Of a stretch of 64,000 bases of DNA, positions 1 through 10,325 are shown in pieces. The notes beneath the pieces were generated by a model, which was not told where the DNA came from, made no database searches, and worked only from the letters and a program-made list of their open reading frames with translations. The first letter of the stretch is position 1. Every line of letters begins with the position of its first letter. This DNA is from Flavobacteriales bacterium (GTDB lineage: Bacteria; Bacteroidota; Bacteroidia; Flavobacteriales_D; CAJJDF01), in the NCBI GenBank assembly GCA_965658995.1, contig CBFHVI010000011.1, positions 4,230 to 68,229 of the forward strand, read 5' to 3'. Made by a program: the position numbers and the translations under genes.

Positions 1-74
1 CAGTGGTAAATTGAAGACTTTGATCTAGAGAAATTGAGTTAAGAAATAACCTTTGTAACTACCTAACTTACGCT

Positions 75-410
75 ATGAACTCAAAACATCTTCTCTTTTT
101 TGTTATTTGCCTTCTGGCATGTGCTTGCAACAAAAACAACTCCGAAAAAGGAACAGAGACTGGGATGTTGTCTTCAGTAAATTCACAAATTAAGTTAACA
201 GGAAAGATTAAACTACAGCTTTTTAGCTATCATCAGTACGGCAGTCATTTTGTCCTTTCAGACTCCACTTACTATGCTTTGACTAGTTCGACTATTGATT
301 TAAACGATTTTATTGGAACATACACAACTCTTATTGGAAATAAAATCCCTGGGTATCCTATTAATCCTGGAATAGATCCAGATTTTATTGAAGTAATAGC
401 TTTTGAGTAA
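75..410 (+). CDS. hypothetical lipoprotein
   Basis: N-terminal hydrophobic signal followed by the Cys-containing lipobox-like LLACAC. No recognisable domain. Confidence 0.5.
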   Translation: MNSKHLLFFVICLLACACNKNNSEKGTETGMLSSVNSQIKLTGKIKLQLFSYHQYGSHFVLSDSTYYALTSSTIDLNDFIGTYTTLIGNKIPGYPINPGIDPDFIEVIAFE

Positions 411-411
411 T

Positions 412-921
412 ATGAAAGAATCATCACAAATAAAACTTTCGAAAGATGAAATTTGGGCAATATTGGATACAATTCCAGACCCAGAAGTTCCTGCAATTTC
501 CATTGTAGAGTTGGGCGTTGTACGAAAAGTCGCTATTGAGGATGACACTGTTTCTATCTATATTACTCCCACTTATAGTGGATGCCCGGCAACTGAAAGA
601 TTCAAGCAAGATATTAGAGATTTTCTTAAAATAAATGGGATCTTGGAGGTAAACATTATTATGCAATACTCTCCGGCTTGGACTACCAACTGGCTCACCG
701 ATGAAGCAAAAGAAAAATTACGAGAATATGGTATTGCTCCTCCTATTGATGGGACGGAAGACAAAGGATTTCTTTTTCAGAGCGGACCCAAAGTAGTTCC
801 TTGTGTGAAATGCAACTCCGAAAATACAGAACTAAGTAGTCAGTTTGGCTCAACTGCCTGCAAAGCACTCTACAAATGCAACGATTGCTTGGAACCTTTT
901 GAATACTTTAAATGTATTTGA
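412..921 (+). CDS. PaaD/PaaJ-like DUF59 protein with a C-terminal Cys4 zinc ribbon
   Basis: DUF59-type core (IWAILDTIPDPEVPAISIVELGVV...TPTYSGCPA) plus C-terminal CVKC...CNDC. The ORF track starts at TTG 403, but ATG 412 lies 2 nt after the upstream stop. Confidence 0.6.
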   Translation: MKESSQIKLSKDEIWAILDTIPDPEVPAISIVELGVVRKVAIEDDTVSIYITPTYSGCPATERFKQDIRDFLKINGILEVNIIMQYSPAWTTNWLTDEAKEKLREYGIAPPIDGTEDKGFLFQSGPKVVPCVKCNSENTELSSQFGSTACKALYKCNDCLEPFEYFKCI

Positions 922-928
922 TACCCTG

Positions 929-1258
929 TTAGTCTTCTTCCCAAGTGTCGTCAATGATTTCAAAATCCGTTTCGGTCTTGGACTTTTCCCATTTAGTATC
1001 TAAATATCTGTGAGATATCAATACCACTACTCCACCCATTGCATATCCCACAATTTCTAACAGAAATCTATTTATGTGCTGGACTTGATATCCCAATAAA
1101 GCTAAAACAATTCCAAGAAGGAAAGAAAGCGCAAATAATCCTAGGATAAATGCAACAATTCCCACTACTGCGAAGGCAACAGGATTCTTTTTGTGTTTTT
1201 CGGCCAATCGCTTGAACAAAATACCTACATAGATAAGAACCAAAACAATTAATAACAT
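929..1258 (-). CDS. small integral membrane protein, unknown function
   Basis: Three hydrophobic helices and an acidic C-terminal tail. Convergent with the PaaD-like gene. Confidence 0.45.
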   Translation of the reverse strand: MLLIVLVLIYVGILFKRLAEKHKKNPVAFAVVGIVAFILGLFALSFLLGIVLALLGYQVQHINRFLLEIVGYAMGGVVVLISHRYLDTKWEKSKTETDFEIIDDTWEED

Positions 1259-1396
1259 GGACTGAGGCGTTTGTGAAGATTAAAAATGCAAACCATTTGG
1301 GTAAAACAAAAGAAAAGTTAGAAATAAAATGAAGTCGACACTCTAAATCCTTGGACAATTTTGTAACTTAACTTCTCATAAAAAAAGAACTACGAA

Positions 1397-4300
1397 TTGG
1401 AAAACCAACACAACTTTATCGTTTACAAATCCTCGGCCGGATCAGGAAAAACTTACACCTTGGTTCGCGAATTTTTGCGGATTGTCATTGAATCGGATGA
1501 AATAACTCGATACCGAAACATTCTGGCAATTACCTTTACCAATAAGGCTGCCGCTGAAATGAAAGAAAGAGTTCTGGATAACTTAAAAGAACTATCTAAC
1601 GAAGAAGATTCCCCCTTACTGAAAGATTATGCGAAAGAATTTGGGATGGATTCGGAGGTCATCAAGAAAAAATCTCGATTAATTCTTCAATCTGTGTTAC
1701 ATAACTACAGTGATTTAAAAATATTGACCATTGATAAATTCACTCATCGTATCATCAGAGCATTTGCCAAAGACTTAAATTTGAGCTCGGATTTTGAAAT
1801 TGAAATGGACTCAGACGGTATTCTGAAAGAATCTATTGATCTCTTGATTTCTAGAGCCGGAACTGACGAACACCTTTCGCAAATATTGTTGGATTTCTTG
1901 AACAATAAAATAGAAGAAGAAAAAAATTGGAAAATTGAAGAAGACTTGTTTCATTTTGCAAAAGAGTTGCTGAAAGAAGAGAATGACTACTTTTTGGATT
2001 CGTTAAAAAATATGACTCCAGAACAACTCTTACAGTCTAAACAATTTGTATTAGCAGAGAAGAAGGCTAAGGAAAAAGAACTGAGAGGTTGTGCCAAAAA
2101 CCAACTAACTCTGCTAGAAAGAAATGGTATTGTATCGACCGATTTTTCGAGAGAAACCATTTACAATTATTATAAAAAAATAAGTGAAGGAGAATTTTCT
2201 GTGCTTTTAGCTCCTCAAACCAAAACGCTTCAGAAAGCTCTTGAGGAGGACAAATGGCTCGCTTCAAAAGCAAGTTCCCATGCCAAATCTATTATTGGTT
2301 CCATCCAAGACGAATTAAAATCGAATCATGCGAAAATGATCGCTTGTTCTTCCGAGTATTTTTTGTTCAAATTATTAGCGGAAAATACCTACACGGTATT
2401 TCTTATAAAAGAAATAGCGGAATCCATAAATACGATTAAGGAAGAAGGCAACATATTAATGATTTCGGATTTCAACAAACTTATTAGTGAAGAAATAAAG
2501 AACCAAATTGCTCCTTTTATTTATGAAAAAATTGGTGAACGATACAAAAATATCATGATTGATGAATTTCAGGATACAAGTGTGATGCAATGGCACAACC
2601 TTATTCCGTTGATAGACAATTCATTATCAATAGGTGAAAAAACTCTCTTAGTAGGCGATGCCAAACAAGCTATTTATCGATTTAGAGGAGGAAAAGTAGA
2701 ACAGTTTGTAGCTCTACCCAAGCTCATTGAAACGGCAGACGACTTTGTGCTAAAAGAACGTGAAATAGCTCTTATTAATAATCATAAAGCTCAGCAATTA
2801 GAGACAAATTATCGATCGCATAAGGAGGTGATCGACTTTAATAATTGGCTTTTTGAGGGGTTAACCAAATTTCTGCCTGAAAAAAACCGAGAAATCTATG
2901 CGGCCCATGAACAATTATCTACCCACAAAAGTGAAGGACTTGTTGAAGTATCCTTTTTAGAAGGAGAAAAAGAAGAGTTGGAACAACTTCATTTTAACAA
3001 ACTGATAGAAAAAATTGAAGATTGTAAAGCAGATGGGTTTCGACTGAAAGATATTTCTATCTTGGTAGACAGAAACAAATCGGGAACAAAAGTGTCCAAT
3101 TACCTCATTGAAAAAGGATACGAGGTTCTTACAAGCGAAAGTTTATTGGTTGCGGAGGACCCGGAAGTTAGGTTTATTGCTAATTTTTTGCGCTTTATCC
3201 AAAACAACAAAGACAATAAAGCTAAAATAGAAGTGATAAAATACTTCTATGAACAAGATCAGTTCAGCCCTACTCTTTTACAATACAGTGAAAAGATTCA
3301 TAAAAAAACTGAAATAAAGCTCTCTGAATTGCTGGAATCGATAAGTCCCGGGTTTCGGTTAGAATCACTTTACGAAATGTCTCTTTACGACATGGCCGAA
3401 ACATTGTCGAGAAAGTTCATTCCCTCAACTGACACGCCAAATTCTTTCCTCATTGAATTTTTCAATATTATTCACTCCTACTCTTCTCGCATTAATGATT
3501 TAAAAAGCTTTAATGACTTTTTTCTTTCTAAATCTGATAAGCTTTCCTTGGACACTCCAGATGCTGATGCCATTACAGTGATGACGGTACACAAATCCAA
3601 AGGACTTCAGTTTCCTGTGGTAATTTCGGCATTTACAAATTGGGACTTTTACATTGGAAGCCATCGCGCAAATGTATGGGTAGATTTCAAAAATAACTAC
3701 CCTGAGTTGCCTTTTGGAATTGTAAAATTAAAAAATGACATCAAAGCTACGCAATACGACTATCTCCACGAAGAGGATTACGAAAACATCAAATTAGATA
3801 AATTTAATATGTTGTATGTAACGCTCACAAGAGCTGAGCAACGTTTGTATATACTGTGTGACAGTAAAGTTGCCAAATCCTCTGGTGAATATATCCAAAC
3901 TAAAATAAACCCTTTTCTTTATCAAGTATGCGCCTCTCATCCTTTGTTTTCAGAAAACTCCCTTACCATTGGCAAGAGACATCAACGAATACAAAAACGA
4001 CACAATACCGAAACAGTAGAAAAATTGAGCGAATGTATTTCTACAGAATGGCGCCAAAAAATCCAAATTAGCAAACAATACCAAGATTTGTGGGGTGAAA
4101 AAAGCTCGGCAGCCAAAATTGCTTACGGTAATTTAATTCATAATATCCTTGCTCAAGTAACGAGTAAAAAAGATATTTCGGATGCCGTAAATATATTCGC
4201 AGAACAAGGAATGATTGCTCACCATGAAATTGAATTTTATGAAAATGAAATATCTGAAATTATTTCTATCGAACCAGTTAATGATTGGTTTAAAGAGAAC

Positions 4301-4543
4301 ACAACAGTTGCCAATGAGAGAGAAATAATTGCCAAAGACGGCAATTTGTACCGACCCGATAAAGTAATCATGCTAGAGAACAGAACAATTGTCCTTGATT
4401 TCAAAACTGGAAAGAAACGAAAATCCTATACCGATCAACTTACCAATTACGGCAACTTACTCACTGACATGAATTACCCAAATGTTGAAAAATACATCCT
4501 CTTCACAAAAGAAAGAGAACTTATAACGGTATTATCAAATTAA
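1397..4543 (+). CDS. UvrD/AddA-type ATP-dependent helicase with a C-terminal PD-(D/E)XK nuclease domain
   Basis: Walker A SSAGSGKTYTL; DEFQDT (helicase motif II); VHKSKGLQFP and YVTLTRA (late UvrD motifs); C-terminal RPDKV...VLDFKTGKK nuclease motif. TTG start. Confidence 0.8.
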   Translation: MENQHNFIVYKSSAGSGKTYTLVREFLRIVIESDEITRYRNILAITFTNKAAAEMKERVLDNLKELSNEEDSPLLKDYAKEFGMDSEVIKKKSRLILQSVLHNYSDLKILTIDKFTHRIIRAFAKDLNLSSDFEIEMDSDGILKESIDLLISRAGTDEHLSQILLDFLNNKIEEEKNWKIEEDLFHFAKELLKEENDYFLDSLKNMTPEQLLQSKQFVLAEKKAKEKELRGCAKNQLTLLERNGIVSTDFSRETIYNYYKKISEGEFSVLLAPQTKTLQKALEEDKWLASKASSHAKSIIGSIQDELKSNHAKMIACSSEYFLFKLLAENTYTVFLIKEIAESINTIKEEGNILMISDFNKLISEEIKNQIAPFIYEKIGERYKNIMIDEFQDTSVMQWHNLIPLIDNSLSIGEKTLLVGDAKQAIYRFRGGKVEQFVALPKLIETADDFVLKEREIALINNHKAQQLETNYRSHKEVIDFNNWLFEGLTKFLPEKNREIYAAHEQLSTHKSEGLVEVSFLEGEKEELEQLHFNKLIEKIEDCKADGFRLKDISILVDRNKSGTKVSNYLIEKGYEVLTSESLLVAEDPEVRFIANFLRFIQNNKDNKAKIEVIKYFYEQDQFSPTLLQYSEKIHKKTEIKLSELLESISPGFRLESLYEMSLYDMAETLSRKFIPSTDTPNSFLIEFFNIIHSYSSRINDLKSFNDFFLSKSDKLSLDTPDADAITVMTVHKSKGLQFPVVISAFTNWDFYIGSHRANVWVDFKNNYPELPFGIVKLKNDIKATQYDYLHEEDYENIKLDKFNMLYVTLTRAEQRLYILCDSKVAKSSGEYIQTKINPFLYQVCASHPLFSENSLTIGKRHQRIQKRHNTETVEKLSECISTEWRQKIQISKQYQDLWGEKSSAAKIAYGNLIHNILAQVTSKKDISDAVNIFAEQGMIAHHEIEFYENEISEIISIEPVNDWFKENTTVANEREIIAKDGNLYRPDKVIMLENRTIVLDFKTGKKRKSYTDQLTNYGNLLTDMNYPNVEKYILFTKERELITVLSN

Positions 4544-4548
4544 TCAAC

Positions 4549-4989
4549 ATGAATAAAACACTACTGATTTTCCTGACTTGTTTGCCTATGTGCTTATCTG
4601 CTCAACAGGTGGAGTCCCAGGAGTCGATTCCAATAATCACTTTTTTGAATCGAAATATAGACTACGACACAATAGAAAGATATTCGAACGGACATCGCAC
4701 TTTTACTTTTTACAATACGTGTACTGCACCACTTATTGTAAGACGAGTAAAATCAGGATGTAGCTACACCGTAGCCAGTTTTACGAAAGACACTCTGTTA
4801 CCGGGTGAACGAGGACAAATATCAGCCAAGTACAACACCAAAAAGCGCGGAAAACTTGAACGAGAACTAGTAGATTACTCCAACGAAAAAGACTATACTT
4901 TATCTAAAGTTTGGATAAAAGGGTATGTCTTGGATACCAAACTAAATTATGGAATCGAAAAAAACAAGTACAATGACAGTAAACTTTGA
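4549..4989 (+). CDS. DUF1573 domain secreted protein (diverged copy)
   Basis: Signal peptide ending SAQQ. The F-T-F-x-N-x-x-x-A-P-L-I-V core is followed by SGCSYTV where the other copies have SCGCTVP. Confidence 0.6.
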   Translation: MNKTLLIFLTCLPMCLSAQQVESQESIPIITFLNRNIDYDTIERYSNGHRTFTFYNTCTAPLIVRRVKSGCSYTVASFTKDTLLPGERGQISAKYNTKKRGKLERELVDYSNEKDYTLSKVWIKGYVLDTKLNYGIEKNKYNDSKL

Positions 4990-5422
4990 AATAAAACCTT
5001 TTTCCAAATTATCTTTAGATGAATTGCATGATTGTGTATCGTTGCGAATGGAAGTATTTGCCGTAGAACAAAATGCTCCCTACAATGATTTGGATGGGTA
5101 TGATAAAAAAGCATTTCATTTAATTGGAAAAAATCAACAGGATACAATTATTTCGACAGCCCGAATTTTAGCCCCTGGAGCCAAATTTCCAGAAGCCTCT
5201 TTCGGAAGAGTGGTATTGGACAAAAAATACCGAGGCAATGGGTTAGGACATGAAATGATTCATCAAATGAATCAGTTTATTTCGCGAACTTTTCCGTCAA
5301 TACCAACCAAAATATCGGCAATGCTCTACCTCAAAGAATTTTACGAATCTCATGGATTTGAGCAAACTAGCGATACTTATCTCGATTGCGGGATCGAACA
5401 CATTGACATGATAAAACCCTAA
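4973..5422 (+). CDS. GNAT family N-acetyltransferase (ElaA-like)
   Basis: ElaA-type N-terminus (F..L..DELHDCVSLRMEVFAVEQNAPYNDLDGYD) and acetyl-CoA loop RGNGLG. ATG 4973 is preferred over ATG 4949. Confidence 0.7.
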   Translation: MTVNFEIKPFSKLSLDELHDCVSLRMEVFAVEQNAPYNDLDGYDKKAFHLIGKNQQDTIISTARILAPGAKFPEASFGRVVLDKKYRGNGLGHEMIHQMNQFISRTFPSIPTKISAMLYLKEFYESHGFEQTSDTYLDCGIEHIDMIKP

Positions 5423-6054
5423 AATAAACTTTGCTGTGATTCTTGAGAAATGGCTACTAACTCTATTTCTGGTTTTTTGAAATTCTCAAAATCATCACCT
5501 GCCAACCAATCTTGTTCGTTTTGTTCGGTTAAGATTATGGGCATTCTTTTTTTTATGTTATGAATTTCTGCCATTAGTTCGTTGGCTTCTGTGGTAACAA
5601 TGCTATAAGAATCAACCACGTCTGCCGTATTTGGATTGATCCAAGACGAATAAATTCCTGCAAAGGCAAACAATTCCTCCCCAGGAATAGTAATCAAAAA
5701 CTTCTCTTTGTTTTTTCCTTTGGAATCGTGCCAAGTCCACTCATAGAAGCCATTTGCGATTACCAAACATCTTTTTTGTGCCGATTCTGAGTACGAGGGT
5801 TTGTCCAAAATTGTTTCTATTCGGGCATTGAGCGTGTGGGCTCTTATTTTGGAATCGTCTGCAAAACTAGGAATAAGTCCCCAATGGTAGAACTGGACTG
5901 ACTTTGGTTGTGCATTGGTAATGATGGGCGTTTTGGGAAAGGAAAATCCACTTATTTGTTCGTTTGGCTGTAACTCCCCTTTTACGGCCATGTCCGCTAC
6001 AAATCTTTTCTCAATTTCGGATGCTTTTCGGGTGAGTTTGGTATTGTAGCACAT
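5419..6054 (-). CDS. SOS response-associated peptidase (SRAP/YedK family, abasic-site processing)
   Basis: N-terminal Met-Cys2; HWGLIP, NARIET, RCLVIANGFYEW and KRMP motifs. Confidence 0.8.
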   Translation of the reverse strand: MCYNTKLTRKASEIEKRFVADMAVKGELQPNEQISGFSFPKTPIITNAQPKSVQFYHWGLIPSFADDSKIRAHTLNARIETILDKPSYSESAQKRCLVIANGFYEWTWHDSKGKNKEKFLITIPGEELFAFAGIYSSWINPNTADVVDSYSIVTTEANELMAEIHNIKKRMPIILTEQNEQDWLAGDDFENFKKPEIELVAISQESQQSLF

Positions 6055-6328
6055 GGTAGTTTTTGTTTGATTCGGATCACCAATAATAAAATAAAGTAGC
6101 CAACAAAACGAGATAGTGTTAATATTGGAATAATGATTAACTAATAATCCCTTCGAGGTGATAATGCTCTCGAAAATCTCAAGTTACTTGATTTTCTCAG
6201 ACTTACACAAATACGATAAATTATTCAAAGAATCTTTCGCTAACTTTTTCCTTCAAGAGGATAATTCCTTTGAATAAAAATATTCAAAATCATATAATAT
6301 CAATGTTATTTATAATTCTCTGTTTAAG

Positions 6329-6348
6329 ATTCCCGCTTTCGCGGGAAT
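6329..6348 (-). terminator. 8-bp GC-rich hairpin just downstream of kmo
   Basis: ATTCCCGC-TTTC-GCGGGAAT lies 13 nt past the kmo stop. No clear U-tract on the minus strand. Confidence 0.3.
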
Positions 6349-6360
6349 TTCCCTAACGGT

Positions 6361-7701
6361 TTATATCAGTCCCAAAATTTCTTCTTCTATTTCCTTTCTA
6401 TCCCAAATTTCTTCAATATTGGGTTTGTCCATTACTTTTTTCATCAAGGCGTCTTGCTCCATTCCTTTTTTCCAAGCCTCGGAATATCGGATGTTGCTGA
6501 ATGATACTTGGCTATACAGAGGCATCCATTTATCGGGGTGAGCTGCAGAGAATTTTGCCTCTATCTTTTTCTGTAGCAAGAATTTTGGATCCGCTACGTA
6601 ATCACGCATCACATGGTAATTGTGCACCGATAAATCTTGCAAGGCATCCCCATCTGGCTTTCTTTCTTCGTATTCTTTGAAAACTGCCTCCCAATTTTCG
6701 TTGTGCTTTTTCATTAGGTTGTACATCACGTAGCAATCTTCAAAACTTGCATTCATTCCTTGTCCGTAAAATGGCACTGTGGCATGGGCTGCATCTCCTA
6801 TCAACGCCATTTTTCCGCTTGTCCATGGTTTGCATCGGATTATCGACAAAGAAGAAAGTGGATGTTCGTGCCAATTCTCTACCAAATTTGGCATCATGTC
6901 ATAAAAATCTGGGAACGTAGTTTTGAAAAAATTCTTCACGTCTTCGTCTGTTTTTATCGATTCGAAGGAATTTTCTCCCTCAAAGGGCATAAATAAAGTA
7001 CAGGTAAAACTTCCATCTTCGTTTGGCAGGGCGATTAACATAAATCTACCTCTTGGCCAGATGTGTAGGGCGTTTTTATCTATGCGGTAGTCTCCATTTT
7101 CGTCAGGCGGCAAGAGCAATTCTTTGTAGCCATCGTCAATGTAATCTTGCATGTAATCAAACCTGTTTTGTTTCTGAAAAGCATTGTAACGCACAGCCGA
7201 AAAAGCTCCATCTGCAGCAAACACTACCTCAGCACTGTCTTCAAAAATTTCTCCAGTTTTGTACGCTTGTAGTTTTACGGTTCCTGCTTTGGTATCTGCA
7301 TCAATACATTTTGTATTGTAATGAATGGTTGCTCCTCCTTTTTTCTCTGCAATTTCCATCATCATGGCATTCAAATGTCCTCTCGATACTGAATAAATTG
7401 CCTCGCCATCTTTTCCGTAAGGTTGGTAAGTGAGTTCACCATCCAAACTGTGCATGATTCTTCCTGGCATCGGAATCGCCAATTCTTCCACATCCTTATC
7501 AATTCCTGCAGCTTTCAAGGCTGTCCATCCTCTTACCGATAGTGCTAAGTTTATGGACTTTCCTGCCGAAATCTCAGCCTGACGAATGTCTGATCTTCTT
7601 TCGTAAATCGTTACTTTGTATCCTTCTTTTGCAAGGTAAACTGCCCATAATGAACCTGCTAACCCTGCTCCTACTATTATTGCTTTTTTTTCTTTTGCCA
7701 T
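6361..7701 (-). CDS. kmo: kynurenine 3-monooxygenase (FAD-dependent)
   Basis: GAGLAGS Rossmann motif, DAAH and FYGQGMN motifs, adjacent to kynureninase. ATG 7701 (MAKEKKAIIVGAG) is preferred over GTG 7755. Confidence 0.85.
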   Translation of the reverse strand: MAKEKKAIIVGAGLAGSLWAVYLAKEGYKVTIYERRSDIRQAEISAGKSINLALSVRGWTALKAAGIDKDVEELAIPMPGRIMHSLDGELTYQPYGKDGEAIYSVSRGHLNAMMMEIAEKKGGATIHYNTKCIDADTKAGTVKLQAYKTGEIFEDSAEVVFAADGAFSAVRYNAFQKQNRFDYMQDYIDDGYKELLLPPDENGDYRIDKNALHIWPRGRFMLIALPNEDGSFTCTLFMPFEGENSFESIKTDEDVKNFFKTTFPDFYDMMPNLVENWHEHPLSSLSIIRCKPWTSGKMALIGDAAHATVPFYGQGMNASFEDCYVMYNLMKKHNENWEAVFKEYEERKPDGDALQDLSVHNYHVMRDYVADPKFLLQKKIEAKFSAAHPDKWMPLYSQVSFSNIRYSEAWKKGMEQDALMKKVMDKPNIEEIWDRKEIEEEILGLI

Positions 7702-7884
7702 TTTAATGTTTAAGTCCTTGTTCAATTTTTTGAATAATCGCAGTGATTTTTCCACTTTCTTCTACTTCATTTTCTTTTGGCTTGAACCAAAAGAAACAAA
7801 ATTTCAAGACTGCCTGAAATTAACTAAAAATAAATTACTATATCAATAAAACTTCCAACTTCGTGCCTCCCCCTTCAAACTTAT

Positions 7885-9150
7885 CTATTGTATAGACTCC
7901 CTCAATATCTGCCCAAACTTCCAGCAATCTTCGTAGCTATTATACAAAGGTGCTGGTGCAATTCGTATTACGTTTGGTTCTCGCCAATCTGCGATTACGT
8001 TTCGCTGCGTTAAGGTATCAAATAATTTCTTACCTTGCCCTTTTGCAGCGATTGAAAGTTGTGCTCCTCGCTTAGTTTTGTCCGTTGGGGTAATCAATTC
8101 AAAATCTACTTTTTCGGATTTAATGTCGTTGATTATAAATTCTAAATACCCAGTCAAATCGTCTCTTTTCTTTCCAATTGCCTCCATTCCGGCTTCTTCA
8201 AACAAATCCAAACTTGCATTGAGTGGAGCCATTAGCATCACTGGCGCATTACTGTGTTGCCAACCTTCGGCAGTGGGGATTGGGTCAAATCCTTTTTCCA
8301 TCAAAAATCGGGTTTCTTTGTCTTGTCCCCACCAACCACCAAAACGAACCAACCCTTTGTTGGTCGCATGACATTCGTGAATAAAAATTCCCGAAACTCC
8401 ACCCGGTCCTGAGTTTAAATATTTGTAGGTACACCAAGCTGCAAAATCTACATTCCAATCGTGGAGATGAAGATTGATATTTCCCGCGGCATGTGCTAAA
8501 TCAAATCCTACCTTTGCTCCTACTTTGTGACCAGCTTCCGCAATGGTTTTCATATCGAATAATTGTCCCGTGTAGTAATTCACTCCGCCAATCATTACCA
8601 ACGCCAATTCCTCTCCCGTTTCTTCGATGGCTTTCAGGATATCTTCTTCGTTTATTAATTCTTCGCCTTTTCTTGGTGAAATTTCAATGATTTCGGAATC
8701 GGGATTTAGATTATGATGACTTACGTGAGTTTCCAAAATATACTGATCGCTTGGAAATGCTTTTGCTTCGCAAATGATTTTTGTTCTTTTTCCTTCGGGG
8801 CGATAAAAAGAAACCATCAATAAATGGACATTTGTGCTCAAACTTCCCATCACCACCGTTTCTAGTGGTTTTGCTCCTACTACTTTTGCCATTTTTTCGG
8901 AAAGTAGTTCGTGGTAGCTAAACCAAGGATTTCTTCCATGAAAATGTCCTTCTACTCCCCATTGCGCCCAGTCTTCCAGTTCTACATTGATGTATTGCTT
9001 TGCGGCTTTTGGTTGCAACCCAAGAGAATTTCCTGTGAAATACACAGTAGGTTTTCCGTTTATAATTGGATGATGAAACCGATTTCTAAACGATTTTAAT
9101 TCGTCTTGTTCGTCTTTTTGCTTGGCAAACTCCAGGGTGTTTTGGTACAT
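7885..9150 (-). CDS. kynU: kynureninase (PLP-dependent)
   Basis: Full-length kynureninase pattern (FRNRFH..., [20 protein letters not shown] containing the PLP lysine). Confidence 0.9.
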   Translation of the reverse strand: MYQNTLEFAKQKDEQDELKSFRNRFHHPIINGKPTVYFTGNSLGLQPKAAKQYINVELEDWAQWGVEGHFHGRNPWFSYHELLSEKMAKVVGAKPLETVVMGSLSTNVHLLMVSFYRPEGKRTKIICEAKAFPSDQYILETHVSHHNLNPDSEIIEISPRKGEELINEEDILKAIEETGEELALVMIGGVNYYTGQLFDMKTIAEAGHKVGAKVGFDLAHAAGNINLHLHDWNVDFAAWCTYKYLNSGPGGVSGIFIHECHATNKGLVRFGGWWGQDKETRFLMEKGFDPIPTAEGWQHSNAPVMLMAPLNASLDLFEEAGMEAIGKKRDDLTGYLEFIINDIKSEKVDFELITPTDKTKRGAQLSIAAKGQGKKLFDTLTQRNVIADWREPNVIRIAPAPLYNSYEDCWKFGQILRESIQ

Positions 9151-9200
9151 TTTATTGTTTTTTATTCAGTCATAAAAGTACAAAAATGGAATGGGAAATA

Positions 9201-10325
9201 TTAAATCAACTCTTTATAAATATTCATCACCTCGACAGCTTGTTTTTCGGAGGTAAATCTCTTGGCGTATTCTAGTCCTTTTTGTTTCATTTCAAGCTGC
9301 AACTTAGAATCTTCAATTACTCTGTCGATCTCAATAGCAAGTTGGTCTGTATCTTGAGGGTCGACATAAATAGAATTTGGGCCGCCCGCCTCTTCTAGGC
9401 AACTACCAGTTGCTGCAATAACAGGAACCTGACTATACAAAGCTTCTAAAACCGGAATACCGAACCCCTCAAAAAAAGAGGGATACACAAATAAGTTTGC
9501 CGATTGATAAATAGACGGTAAATCAAGAAAGTTCACATTCTGCAACAGCGCAACCTGACTTCCCAAATCATATTCATTTATTTTTTCGATAACTTGTTTG
9601 GTGTAATCTGTTTGTTTTCCAACCGCAACGAGAGGCAATTGGGTATTCGATTTACCAATTGCTTCTACCAAAGCAACAAGATTCTTTCTTTTTTCTATGG
9701 TTCCCACATACAAAATATAGTTTTCTGGCAAATTGTATTTCTTCCGAACAAGTTCTTTGTACCTGTAATCCGATTGGTGACCAAAAGAGGTAGCACAAGA
9801 TTGATAAACTACTTTTATTTTCTCTTCGGGAACTTTCAAAAATTCCATCAAATCCCTTTTCGTTTGCTCACTAATTGCAATAATTACATCAGAGTGTGCA
9901 CAAGCGTATTCCACCTTTTTTTTATAAATCCCTCTATCGATTCTTCCATAGTTCTCGGGATATCGCAAGAAAATTAAATCATGTATCGTGGTTACATATT
10001 TTATCTTACTGAGTTTGTTTTTTTTGGGAATTTCATGACTTAACCCATGAAATAGCTGCACACCATTTCTTATCAATTCTTTTTCTAATAGTACCGAACG
10101 CCAATAGCTTTTGAACTTTTTGTACAAGCCTCTTGGCTTTACTATGGTAGTCGATGTGTGAGACTTCAGAAACCTGGTTTTTAGGTCAATTTCACCTTCT
10201 GGGGTATACAGAAAATACTCGTTATCTTCTTCCAATTCTAGTATTCCCTTTACCAAGTCACGGCTATAATTCCCTAAACCAGTGTGATTCAAAAAAAAAC
10301 GCTTGGCGTCAAATCCAATTTTCAT
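9201..10325 (-). CDS. glycosyltransferase family 4 (GT-B fold)
   Basis: C-terminal [19 protein letters not shown] motif typical of GT1/GT4. Confidence 0.75.
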   Translation of the reverse strand: MKIGFDAKRFFLNHTGLGNYSRDLVKGILELEEDNEYFLYTPEGEIDLKTRFLKSHTSTTIVKPRGLYKKFKSYWRSVLLEKELIRNGVQLFHGLSHEIPKKNKLSKIKYVTTIHDLIFLRYPENYGRIDRGIYKKKVEYACAHSDVIIAISEQTKRDLMEFLKVPEEKIKVVYQSCATSFGHQSDYRYKELVRKKYNLPENYILYVGTIEKRKNLVALVEAIGKSNTQLPLVAVGKQTDYTKQVIEKINEYDLGSQVALLQNVNFLDLPSIYQSANLFVYPSFFEGFGIPVLEALYSQVPVIAATGSCLEEAGGPNSIYVDPQDTDQLAIEIDRVIEDSKLQLEMKQKGLEYAKRFTSEKQAVEVMNIYKELI

